From the NCBI GenBank assembly GCA_043812195.1, contig JBDRML010000034.1, positions 1 through 19,694 on the forward strand: 19,694 nt of DNA. The letters are read 5' to 3'. Every line of letters begins with the position of its first letter. Positions within the stretch are counted from its first letter, which is position 1. Shown here piece by piece: positions 1-7,756 of this stretch. The notes under the pieces are model-generated. The model worked only from the letters and a program-made list of their open reading frames with translations. It was not told the origin of the DNA and did not search any database. The translations under genes and the position numbers were made by a program. The stretch is from Candidatus Woesearchaeota archaeon (lineage in GTDB: Archaea > Nanobdellota > Nanobdellia > SCGC-AAA011-G17 > PNOQ01).

Positions 1-2
1 AC

Positions 3-131
3 CTTATGAAAGGAAAATACGAAACCAGAATATATGAAAACATGCTAAAATCATACTCAAACAGACTATCAGAAATAGAAGAAAAACTCGCAATGGCAGA
101 TGTAAAAAAAGCCTTCAAAAAAGTAAAGTAA
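3..131 (+). CDS. 3' end of a gene truncated by the window edge; hypothetical protein with a helical C-terminus resembling the cytoplasmic segment of 1303..2565
   Basis: Frame 3 is open from the window start: LMKGKYETRIYENMLKSYSNRLSEIEEKLAMADVKKAFKKVK, TAA at 129-131; codon style matches neighbouring genes. Confidence 0.7.
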   Translation, partial: LMKGKYETRIYENMLKSYSNRLSEIEEKLAMADVKKAFKKVK

Positions 132-192
132 AAAATATACAAAGCAACCAAAAACAAAACCTTTAAAAAAGAAAAGAGGTATTAAAGATATA

Positions 193-1299
193 ATGAAAAA
201 AAAGGGATTTTTTGGCAAACTATTTGGTTCAAAACCAAAAGGAAAAAAAGATAAGAATACCATTAAAGATAATTCTACTCCAAAAATTAAAAAAAAATTA
301 GAAAATAAACCAGTTAAAGTCAAAACTCCAGTAAAAATCCAAAAACCAATTACTAAAGAAAATAAAAAATTACAGAAAAAAATTCAAAAAGTTGAAATGA
401 GATTAGCCAAAAAAATAGCAACAAATCACTTAATAATGCACATTCATGCTGAAAAAGATATGAAGAAATCTAATTCTGAGTCAGATCAAAAAAAAGGAGA
501 GATGGGACAAAATTCAAAGCCAAAAAAAACTTTTGACGAAATGTACACAAAAACAGGAATAACAGGTTTTGATGCTTTATTACAAGGAAAAGGAATTCCT
601 ACAGGAACAAGTGTATTAGTTGAAGGCGGGCCAGGAAGTGGCAAAACAATTTTTTGTTTACAAACAGCATATAACGCTTGTGTGCAGGGTAAAAAAGTAT
701 TATATATGAGTTTTGAAGAACCAGAAGAGAAATTAATAGAACATATGGAAAAATTTGGATGGAACGCAAGAAAATATGTTAAAAGCGGCCATTTAAATAT
801 TAGAAGATTTAATGCATTAGATATTGCAAGATCAGTAGAAGCACTTTTATCAGAAGCTAAAAAAGAATTATTAATTGAAGTTCAACCAATTTTAATACCA
901 CAAGATATCCAACCAGATTTAGTATTTGTAGACTCTTTAACTTCTATTGCATCAGCATTCTCAGGAGAAGAAAGTAGATTCAGAATTTATATGGAACAGT
1001 TGTTTAGATATCTTGAATCACATAACATGTCTTCATTATTAATAAGAGAAGTTCCAAATCCAACTCATGTTGGCCAATCTGCTACAGGCAGAGAAGAAGC
1101 TACAAGTTTTCTGTCAGATGGAATTATAGTTTTCTACAATGTAATTTACGCAACAGGAAAAAGAACAAGAGCAGTGGAAATATTAAAATTAAGAGGAATG
1201 CCATTTGATAGAAAAATAGTAGAAGCTGAAATAGTGAACAAGAAAGGCCTAGTCATATATGCAAATAAATCCATATCTGGTAATTATAAATTGACTTAA
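193..1299 (+). CDS. KaiC/RAD55-like RecA-superfamily ATPase (single domain) with Lys-rich N-terminal extension
   Basis: TGITGFD start of domain, Walker A GGPGSGKT, SFEE motif, Walker B VFVDS, DGII and RAVEILKLRG C-terminal motifs; about 115-aa basic N-terminal extension. Confidence 0.9.
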   Translation: MKKKGFFGKLFGSKPKGKKDKNTIKDNSTPKIKKKLENKPVKVKTPVKIQKPITKENKKLQKKIQKVEMRLAKKIATNHLIMHIHAEKDMKKSNSESDQKKGEMGQNSKPKKTFDEMYTKTGITGFDALLQGKGIPTGTSVLVEGGPGSGKTIFCLQTAYNACVQGKKVLYMSFEEPEEKLIEHMEKFGWNARKYVKSGHLNIRRFNALDIARSVEALLSEAKKELLIEVQPILIPQDIQPDLVFVDSLTSIASAFSGEESRFRIYMEQLFRYLESHNMSSLLIREVPNPTHVGQSATGREEATSFLSDGIIVFYNVIYATGKRTRAVEILKLRGMPFDRKIVEAEIVNKKGLVIYANKSISGNYKLT

Positions 1300-1302
1300 A
1301 AA

Positions 1303-2565
1303 ATGAAAAATAAATTATTTATCCTATTATTTATCCTAATTTTATTAATCCCTGTAATTATAAACGCAAGAGCAGAAGATGGAAAATTAAGCACAGAAGA
1401 AGAAAAATTAGCAGAAATCAACGAAATACAACTAAAACTATATGATGCAGGATTGATTGTAGAACAATTAGAAGAAGATGGCTTTCCAACACAGAGAGTT
1501 AATGATATTTTAGCATCAGCACAACAAATTCTCGAAGCTCAAACAGGGCGTGCAAATTCAGATTTTACATTAGTATTAAAATATTTAGAAGATTTAGAAT
1601 TAATTAATGGGCAAGCTTATGAAGCAAGAGATGAAGTTAAATATGTTAATGAGTTACTTGCACAAACAAAAGAAGATAGTCCAAATATTGATTTAACAGA
1701 ATCTGAAATAACTATAGGAGAAATGAATTCTGAATTCAACGCAGAAAAATATGGTGAAGCAATAGAGTTAGCGCAACAGGCATATGCAAAAATACTGAAA
1801 CAAGAAGGAGAACAAACTACAGCAAAATTAGCATTAGCATCTACTCAACAAACCATAAAAAATTTCTTTATAAATCACTGGTGGAAATTACTAATCGTTT
1901 TTGGTGCAGGAGTTATATTATTTTTAGTTTTTAGAAACAGATTTTTCTATTACAGAACAAAGTGGAAAATCAAGAAATTAGAAACAGAAGCTAAAGTAGT
2001 TGAAGAATTAATCAAAACATCACAATTAGCGTATTTCGAAAAAGGTACAATGGCAGAATCATCATATAGAATCAGAATTAAAAAATTCTCAGATTTAGTT
2101 AGAGACATAGACAGACAAATCCCATTATTAAAAGAAGAATTAGCTAAATGGAGAAAATCAAAAACATTCAATGCAGATGAACTAGCACAGAAAAAGAAAG
2201 ACGATATTAAAAATGGAAAAAAACCTGAAAATAACGGACCTAAACAAATGGATTCTAAGCAAATTCAAGATGAAAAGAAAGCACAAGAAGAACAAGTAGC
2301 AAAAGTAACTAAACAAACAAAAAAACAAGAAAGCAAGCTAATAAGACTTGATCTAAAAATAGCTGGCATTTTCAAAAATCTAACAAAGATTAGAAAAGAC
2401 ATTAAAAAAGTTAATAAATCAAAGAAGAAAATACTAAAAGCAAAAGAAAAGAAAGTTAAAAAAATTATCAAACCAATTAAAGTAGTAAAACCTAAAATCA
2501 TAAAGAAAAAGCCTAAAATCATAAAAAAGAAACCAGTAAAGAAAACAAAAAAGAAAAAGAAATAA
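1303..2565 (+). CDS. Hypothetical single-pass membrane protein: signal peptide, acidic helical/coiled-coil ectodomain, TM helix, Lys-rich cytoplasmic tail
   Basis: MKNKLFILLFILILLIPVIINARA signal; WWKLLIVFGAGVILFLVF TM segment; KPKIIKK repeats at C-terminus; starts 3 nt after the KaiC stop. Confidence 0.8.
   Translation: MKNKLFILLFILILLIPVIINARAEDGKLSTEEEKLAEINEIQLKLYDAGLIVEQLEEDGFPTQRVNDILASAQQILEAQTGRANSDFTLVLKYLEDLELINGQAYEARDEVKYVNELLAQTKEDSPNIDLTESEITIGEMNSEFNAEKYGEAIELAQQAYAKILKQEGEQTTAKLALASTQQTIKNFFINHWWKLLIVFGAGVILFLVFRNRFFYYRTKWKIKKLETEAKVVEELIKTSQLAYFEKGTMAESSYRIRIKKFSDLVRDIDRQIPLLKEELAKWRKSKTFNADELAQKKKDDIKNGKKPENNGPKQMDSKQIQDEKKAQEEQVAKVTKQTKKQESKLIRLDLKIAGIFKNLTKIRKDIKKVNKSKKKILKAKEKKVKKIIKPIKVVKPKIIKKKPKIIKKKPVKKTKKKKK
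2491..2525 (+). repeat. Coding tandem repeat, period 21 nt (PKIIKKK x2)
   Basis: cctaaaatcataaa at 2491-2504 and 2512-2525. Confidence 0.75.
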
Positions 2566-2589
2566 AAACCCCCTAGATTTCTATAATAT

Positions 2590-3288
2590 ATGAAATACGA
2601 CCAACATTTCCTAATAAATGAAAAAGTAATTCAAAGAACTATAAAAGAAGCCAATCTTAAAAAATCAGATATAGTTTTAGAAATAGGACCAGGAAAAGGA
2701 ATTTTAACTAAAGAACTAACTAAAAAATCTAAAGTTATTGCAATAGAGATAGATGAAAACCTAAAATTAAATATAAAAAATCTAAAACTAATTCATGGAA
2801 ATGCTTTAAAATTAATTAATAAAGTAAACTTCAACAAAATAATATCAAACATCCCTTATTCAATTACAGAACCATTATTCAAAAAACTATTCAAGAAAGA
2901 CTTTGATTTAGGAATTTTACTAATAGGAAAAAATTTTTACGATTTAATACAACAAGATTCCAAATGGTCAATAATCATACCAGAATTCTTTAAAGTAATA
3001 AAACTAATGGAGGTTCCAAAAGCATCATTTGAGCCAAGACCAAGAACAACATCAGTTCTAATTAAATTAACACCAAAAAAGAAAAATAAAGTAATACACA
3101 AATTAATCTTACAATCAGACAAGAAATTAAAAAATGCACTCCTTAAAATTTATTGGGACTCAAATTTAACAAAAAAACAAGCAAAAGAAAAAATAGAATC
3201 TTTAAGCATTCCAGAATCAATTCTAGAAAAGAATATAGACTATTTATCAAACAAACAATTTGAACTTGTCTATAAACAAATATCATAA
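2590..3288 (+). CDS. rsmA: 16S rRNA m6,2A dimethyltransferase KsgA/RsmA/Dim1
   Basis: QHFL, VLEIGPGKGILT SAM-binding motif, IEID, SNIPYSI, FEPRP. Confidence 0.93.
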   Translation: MKYDQHFLINEKVIQRTIKEANLKKSDIVLEIGPGKGILTKELTKKSKVIAIEIDENLKLNIKNLKLIHGNALKLINKVNFNKIISNIPYSITEPLFKKLFKKDFDLGILLIGKNFYDLIQQDSKWSIIIPEFFKVIKLMEVPKASFEPRPRTTSVLIKLTPKKKNKVIHKLILQSDKKLKNALLKIYWDSNLTKKQAKEKIESLSIPESILEKNIDYLSNKQFELVYKQIS

Positions 3289-3319
3289 TTTATATAAATA
3301 AAATATAAACAATGATTCT

Positions 3320-3727
3320 ATGAAAAAAGTAGCAGTTTCGGGTTATTTTACAGTTTTACACAAAGGCCATGTAGAACTCTTTAAAGAAGCTAAAAAATTA
3401 GGAGACGAATTAATTGTCATAGTTAATAATAATGACCAACAAATAGGAAAAAAAGGCAAGCTTATTCATGATGCACATGATATAAAACATATAATAGAAC
3501 ATCTCAACATGGTAAATTCAGTTGTTATTTCTGTTGACAAAGATAAAACAGTATGCAAAACTTTAGAAATGCTTAATCCCCACATATTTGCTAATGGGGG
3601 AGATAGAACAGGAGATAACATACCAGAAGTTCAAACCTGCAAAGATAAAGGCATAGAAATGATATTTAATGTTGGTGGAAACAAATACAACAGCTCATCC
3701 GATATCTTAAAAAGAGGCAGTTCATAA
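3320..3727 (+). CDS. HIGH-class nucleotidyltransferase (cytidylyltransferase-like; TagD/RfaE-II/RibL family)
   Basis: SGYFTVLHKGH (HxGH), GDELIVIVN, FANGGDR, C-terminal SSS motif. Confidence 0.88.
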   Translation: MKKVAVSGYFTVLHKGHVELFKEAKKLGDELIVIVNNNDQQIGKKGKLIHDAHDIKHIIEHLNMVNSVVISVDKDKTVCKTLEMLNPHIFANGGDRTGDNIPEVQTCKDKGIEMIFNVGGNKYNSSSDILKRGSS

Positions 3728-3777
3728 CTATATTAATATCAAAATCTATATAAAAACGAAACAATCTAATTCTATAC

Positions 3778-5163
3778 ATGAAAGACTTAGCAGAATTTTC
3801 AATTAAATTCTTACAAGAAAAAGGAGCAAATTATGCAGAAGCCAGATTAGAAAAGACTACATCAGAAGGATATATTTTAAAAAACGGAAATCCAGAAATT
3901 TCAGGGTTTAACAAATCAGAAGGAATAGGAATAAGATACTTAATGAACAATAGATTGGGGACTGTTTCTATAAATAATATTACAAAAGAAAAATTAAAAG
4001 AAGCATTACTAAATTCTTTAAGAATAACAAAAAACGCCACAAAAATATCTAAAAAAATTGAATTATCTCATAGCACTCCAAACATAAAAGACTATAAAAT
4101 AACACCAAAAGAAAATCTATCAGTAGATCAAAAATTTAAATTCTTAAAAGATTTACACAAAAATTTAAAAGCAGAAAATTCTTATCTTTCACTTTCAAAT
4201 AATTTAAGAGAAAAATACTATATAAATTCAGAAGGTTCTAAAATAAACTCTTCAATTCCAAGAGTAAGCCTGCTTTATTTCTTAACTCTAATAGAAAATC
4301 AACAATCAATTCAAAGATATTTAGAATTTGCAGCAGCCTCAGGATATGAATCATTCAAAAAATGGAAACCAATAGAACATATTTCTAATGAGATAAAAGC
4401 TCTAAGAAAAAATATCAAACATGGAGTTAAAGCACCAAAAGGAGTTTTTGATATAGTTTGCGGGCCAGAAGTTGTAGGTATAGCAGTTCACGAATCAGTT
4501 GGCCACCCATATGAAGCAGATAGAATTTTAGGAAGAGAAGCAGCACAAGCAGGAGAATCTTTTATAACTACAAAAATGCTTAATACTAAAATAGGTTCAG
4601 AAGAAGTAACTGTAGTTGATGATCCTACATTACCTAATAGTTATGGTTTTTATTTATATGATGATGAAGGCATAAAAGCACGAGAAAGAATTTTAATCAA
4701 AAATGGAGTAATAAAAGAATTCTTACACAATAGAGAATCAGCCCAAGAAATGGGAATTCAGAGCAATGGTTCTTCTAGAGCAAATAATTATTCAAATGAA
4801 GCTATAGTCAGAATGGCAAATACATACTTAAAACCAGGAAAAGCTAAAGAAGAAGAATTAATTAAAGATATCAAAAAAGGAATCTATCTTAAAAACTTCA
4901 TGGAATGGAATATTGATGATAAAAGATACAACGCAAAATATACAGGAAGTGAAGCTTATTTAATAGAAAAAGGAGAAATCACAAAACCAGTTAAAAATCC
5001 AGCTTTAGAAATCACAACACCAAAATTCTGGTCAGCTATAGATCTAGTAGCTAATAACTTAAAATTCTTTGCAGGTAATTGCGGAAAAGGAGAGCCGATG
5101 CAAGGCATCCCAGTTTACATGGGCGGGCCTTCTATAAGATTAAGAAAAATTAAAATGTCATAG
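3778..5163 (+). CDS. tldD: TldD/PmbA-family metalloprotease (TldD-type)
   Basis: HESVGHPYEADR (HExxxH), VVDDPT, YDDEG, RMANT, C-terminal GNCGKGEPMQ with the conserved Cys. Confidence 0.92.
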   Translation: MKDLAEFSIKFLQEKGANYAEARLEKTTSEGYILKNGNPEISGFNKSEGIGIRYLMNNRLGTVSINNITKEKLKEALLNSLRITKNATKISKKIELSHSTPNIKDYKITPKENLSVDQKFKFLKDLHKNLKAENSYLSLSNNLREKYYINSEGSKINSSIPRVSLLYFLTLIENQQSIQRYLEFAAASGYESFKKWKPIEHISNEIKALRKNIKHGVKAPKGVFDIVCGPEVVGIAVHESVGHPYEADRILGREAAQAGESFITTKMLNTKIGSEEVTVVDDPTLPNSYGFYLYDDEGIKARERILIKNGVIKEFLHNRESAQEMGIQSNGSSRANNYSNEAIVRMANTYLKPGKAKEEELIKDIKKGIYLKNFMEWNIDDKRYNAKYTGSEAYLIEKGEITKPVKNPALEITTPKFWSAIDLVANNLKFFAGNCGKGEPMQGIPVYMGGPSIRLRKIKMS

Positions 5164-5193
5164 TAAAATATCTAAAGTTGTAATTAGTTTATA

Positions 5194-5218
5194 GCGAGAA
5201 GTGTCTCGCGCTCTCTTT
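5194..5218 (+). terminator. Short GC-rich hairpin followed by a pyrimidine run downstream of tldD; possible terminator
   Basis: gcgaga-agtg-tctcgc (5194-5209) then gctctcttt, 30 nt after the tldD stop. Confidence 0.4.
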
Positions 5219-5344
5219 AAATATTTTTATATAAGATTACTATGTGCAGACATAATAAACATATATTTTATATATCATTAGATATAGTTGGGATGTATAC
5301 ATCTCCATTATTTACAACAATAAAAATTAGCAAATTTTAAAAAC

Positions 5345-5388
5345 AAAGTGTTCACTGTCAATGCACAAAAGTGTTCACTGTCAATGCA
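5345..5388 (+). repeat. Perfect 21-bp direct repeat (period 23) immediately upstream of a TATA-like box
   Basis: aaagtgttcactgtcaatgca at 5345-5365 and 5368-5388. Confidence 0.92.
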
Positions 5389-5392
5389 AACC

Positions 5393-5400
5393 TTTATAAA
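5393..5400 (+). promoter_or_regulatory. Archaeal TATA-like box for the AAA ATPase gene (leaderless)
   Basis: tttataaa ending 22 nt before ATG 5422. Confidence 0.55.
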
Positions 5401-5421
5401 CAACAAAATCAGTGTTTTTTT

Positions 5422-6642
5422 ATGATACTTAAAGAAACCCTAAGAAAAGTTGTAAAGTCTCAAAGAGAAGAATTGTATAAACTAGAACTTGGGATTCAAA
5501 GAGAAGAGCTTAAAAAAATAAAGCTTGATCTTCCATTCGCATTAGTCATATCTGGAATAAGAAGATGCGGAAAAAGTACATTATTAAAACAACTAACAAA
5601 TAAGGTAAAAGGATTTTATTACTTCAATTTTGAAGATCCAAGAGCAATAAATTTTGACTTAAAAGATTTTGAAAAGCTTAATGAGATATTTATAGAAGAA
5701 TTCGGAGACCAAGATTATTATTTTTTTGATGAAATCCAAAACGTTCAAAAATGGGAGCTATTTATAAGAGCAATGCTTGACAAAAACAAACATTTTTTGA
5801 TTACTGGTTCTAATGCATCACTATTAAGCAAGGAATTAGGAACAAGACTCACAGGGAGACATTTAAGACAAGAGTTATTTCCATTCAGTTTTAAAGAATT
5901 TTTAGAATTAACTAAAAAAGAACAAAATAAAGATTCCTTCAAAAGCTATTTATCAAAAGGTGGTTTTCCAGAATATCTTAAATTTGAAAAATCTGAAATA
6001 TTGCATGAACTGCTAAATGATATAATTTTCAGAGACATTGCTATAAGATACAAAATTAAAAATACAAAAGCCCTTAAAGAAATAGCTCTATACTTAATCA
6101 CAAATATTGGAAAAGAATTTTCATATAATCATTTAAAGAAAATATTCAATATTGGTTCTATAAACAGTATTATATCATTTATATCTTATTTCGAAGACGC
6201 ATATCTCTTGTTTACAGTTCCAAGATTCAACTACTCTCTAAAAAAACAGATAATTAGCCCCAAAAAAATATATTCAATAGATAATGGTATTTCAAATGTT
6301 AATTCAGCTTCATTCTCAGAAGACAAAGGAAGAATGATTGAAAATATGGTTTATTTGAACTTAAGAAGAAAATACAAAAATATTTTTTACTTTAAGGAAC
6401 AAAAAGAATGTGATTTCATAATCAAAGATGGCAATAAAATCAAGGAAGCACTGCAGGTTTGTTATGAGTTAAATGAAGAAAACAAAGATAGAGAAATAGA
6501 AGGTTTAACAGAAGCACTTGAAGAATTTAAACTAAAGAAGGGCTACATACTCACATTCAACCAGACAGATAAGATAAAAATAAAAGATAAGGTGATTATA
6601 ATTACGCCAGTATGGAAATGGATGCTTAAAAAACAAATATAA
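5422..6642 (+). CDS. AAA+ ATPase of the AAA_14/DUF4143 family (ATPase-wHTH-PD-(D/E)xK-like)
   Basis: GIRRCGKST Walker A, FFDEIQ Walker B, TGSN, GGFPE, PKKIYSIDNG, ENMV...ECDF...QVC. ATG 5422 preferred over GTG 5371, which lies inside the direct repeat upstream of the TATA box. Confidence 0.9.
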   Translation: MILKETLRKVVKSQREELYKLELGIQREELKKIKLDLPFALVISGIRRCGKSTLLKQLTNKVKGFYYFNFEDPRAINFDLKDFEKLNEIFIEEFGDQDYYFFDEIQNVQKWELFIRAMLDKNKHFLITGSNASLLSKELGTRLTGRHLRQELFPFSFKEFLELTKKEQNKDSFKSYLSKGGFPEYLKFEKSEILHELLNDIIFRDIAIRYKIKNTKALKEIALYLITNIGKEFSYNHLKKIFNIGSINSIISFISYFEDAYLLFTVPRFNYSLKKQIISPKKIYSIDNGISNVNSASFSEDKGRMIENMVYLNLRRKYKNIFYFKEQKECDFIIKDGNKIKEALQVCYELNEENKDREIEGLTEALEEFKLKKGYILTFNQTDKIKIKDKVIIITPVWKWMLKKQI

Positions 6643-6681
6643 AAACATTTTTATACTAAAATTTCCAAAATTTCATTAAAA

Positions 6682-6688
6682 GAGGTGA
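6682..6688 (+). promoter_or_regulatory. Shine-Dalgarno site for rpiB
   Basis: gaggtga 4 nt upstream of the TTG start at 6693. Confidence 0.7.
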
Positions 6689-6692
6689 TAAT

Positions 6693-7136
6693 TTGAAAAA
6701 GATTTATATTGGTTCGGATCATGCAGGGTTTATTCTAAAAAATTCTATTAAAACACATTTAACTAATAAAAAACATAAATTTATAGATCTAGGTAACTTA
6801 AAATATGAAAAAGAGGATGATTATCCAGATTATGCAGAAGAAGTAGCAAAAAAAGTAGCAAAAGAAAAAACAAAAGGTATTCTAATTTGTGGTTCAAGCC
6901 ACGGAGTATGTATCGCAGCAAACAAAATAAAAGGAATTAGGGCAGTTGCAATTAATAATACAAAAGATGCTAAAATTACAAGAGAGCATAATGATGCAAA
7001 TATTCTATGTTTGTCTGAGTGGCATCTAAAAGAAAAAGAAGTTGGAAAAATAATTGATGTCTGGTTAAAAACAAATTTTAGAAAAGATAAAAGACATATA
7101 AGAAGAATAAACAAAATAAAGAAATTGGAAAGATGA
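6693..7136 (+). CDS. rpiB: Ribose-5-phosphate isomerase B
   Basis: GSDHAG, DYPD, ICGSSHGVCIAANKIKGIRA, REHNDANILCL, RHIRRINKI; TTG start with SD. Confidence 0.93.
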   Translation: MKKIYIGSDHAGFILKNSIKTHLTNKKHKFIDLGNLKYEKEDDYPDYAEEVAKKVAKEKTKGILICGSSHGVCIAANKIKGIRAVAINNTKDAKITREHNDANILCLSEWHLKEKEVGKIIDVWLKTNFRKDKRHIRRINKIKKLER

Positions 7137-7756
7137 ATTATCAAATAATACCGGCAATAATTGCTAAAAATCAAAAGGAACTAAATGTGAGAATTGTAAA
7201 AGTATACAGATATTTTAAAACAATACAGTTAGATGTAATGGATGGCATCTTTGTCAAAAATAAATCATTAATATTTAATTTTAGACTACCAAGAAATAAA
7301 AAATACGAAGCCCACTTAATGGTTAAAAATCCAATAAGCTGGATTAAAAAATATGATAACAACGTTCAAAGAATAGTAGTTCATGTAGAATCAGAAAATG
7401 TTGAAAAAGCATTAAATTTAATTAAAAGTATGAAAAAACAGGCAGGAATAGCTATAAATCCAAAGACACCACTTAATAAATATTTAAAATTTTTAAAAAA
7501 AATAAATTATGTAACAATATTAGCTGTAAATCCTGGAAAATATGGTAGCAAATTTATTCCTTCAGCACTTAAAAAAATAAAGGAAATTAAAAAAATAAAT
7601 CCTAAAATAAATATCGAAGTTGATGGTGGATTAGGAGATAAAAATATTAAACAAGCCAAAAAAGCAGGCGCAAATTTATTCATTTCAGGCTCATATCTTC
7701 AAAATTCAAAAGATATTGAATCCTCTATTAAAAAATTAAAATCTTTAATAAAATGA
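7133..7756 (+). CDS. rpe: Ribulose-phosphate 3-epimerase
   Basis: IIPAI, LDVMDGIFV, EAHLMV, GIAINPKTP, VNPG, EVDGG, GANLFISGS; ATGA overlap with rpiB. Confidence 0.92.
   Translation: MNYQIIPAIIAKNQKELNVRIVKVYRYFKTIQLDVMDGIFVKNKSLIFNFRLPRNKKYEAHLMVKNPISWIKKYDNNVQRIVVHVESENVEKALNLIKSMKKQAGIAINPKTPLNKYLKFLKKINYVTILAVNPGKYGSKFIPSALKKIKEIKKINPKINIEVDGGLGDKNIKQAKKAGANLFISGSYLQNSKDIESSIKKLKSLIK

Noticed and set aside
193-1299. True circadian KaiC or RadA recombinase
   Set aside because: Single ATPase domain, no KaiA/KaiB nearby and no N-terminal HhH domain of RadA
5244-5304. Xer dif-like site (tgcagacataa-taaaca..., attagatatag...)
   Set aside because: Only one arm resembles dif consensus; no matching TTAT(G/A)T(T/C)AAA arm at 6-bp spacing
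5345-5388. CRISPR array
   Set aside because: Only two 21-nt copies separated by 2 nt; no spacers and no cas genes
5371-5421. GTG-start extension of the AAA ATPase in the ORF track
   Set aside because: Lies within the direct repeat and TATA box; ATG 5422 fits promoter spacing and family length better
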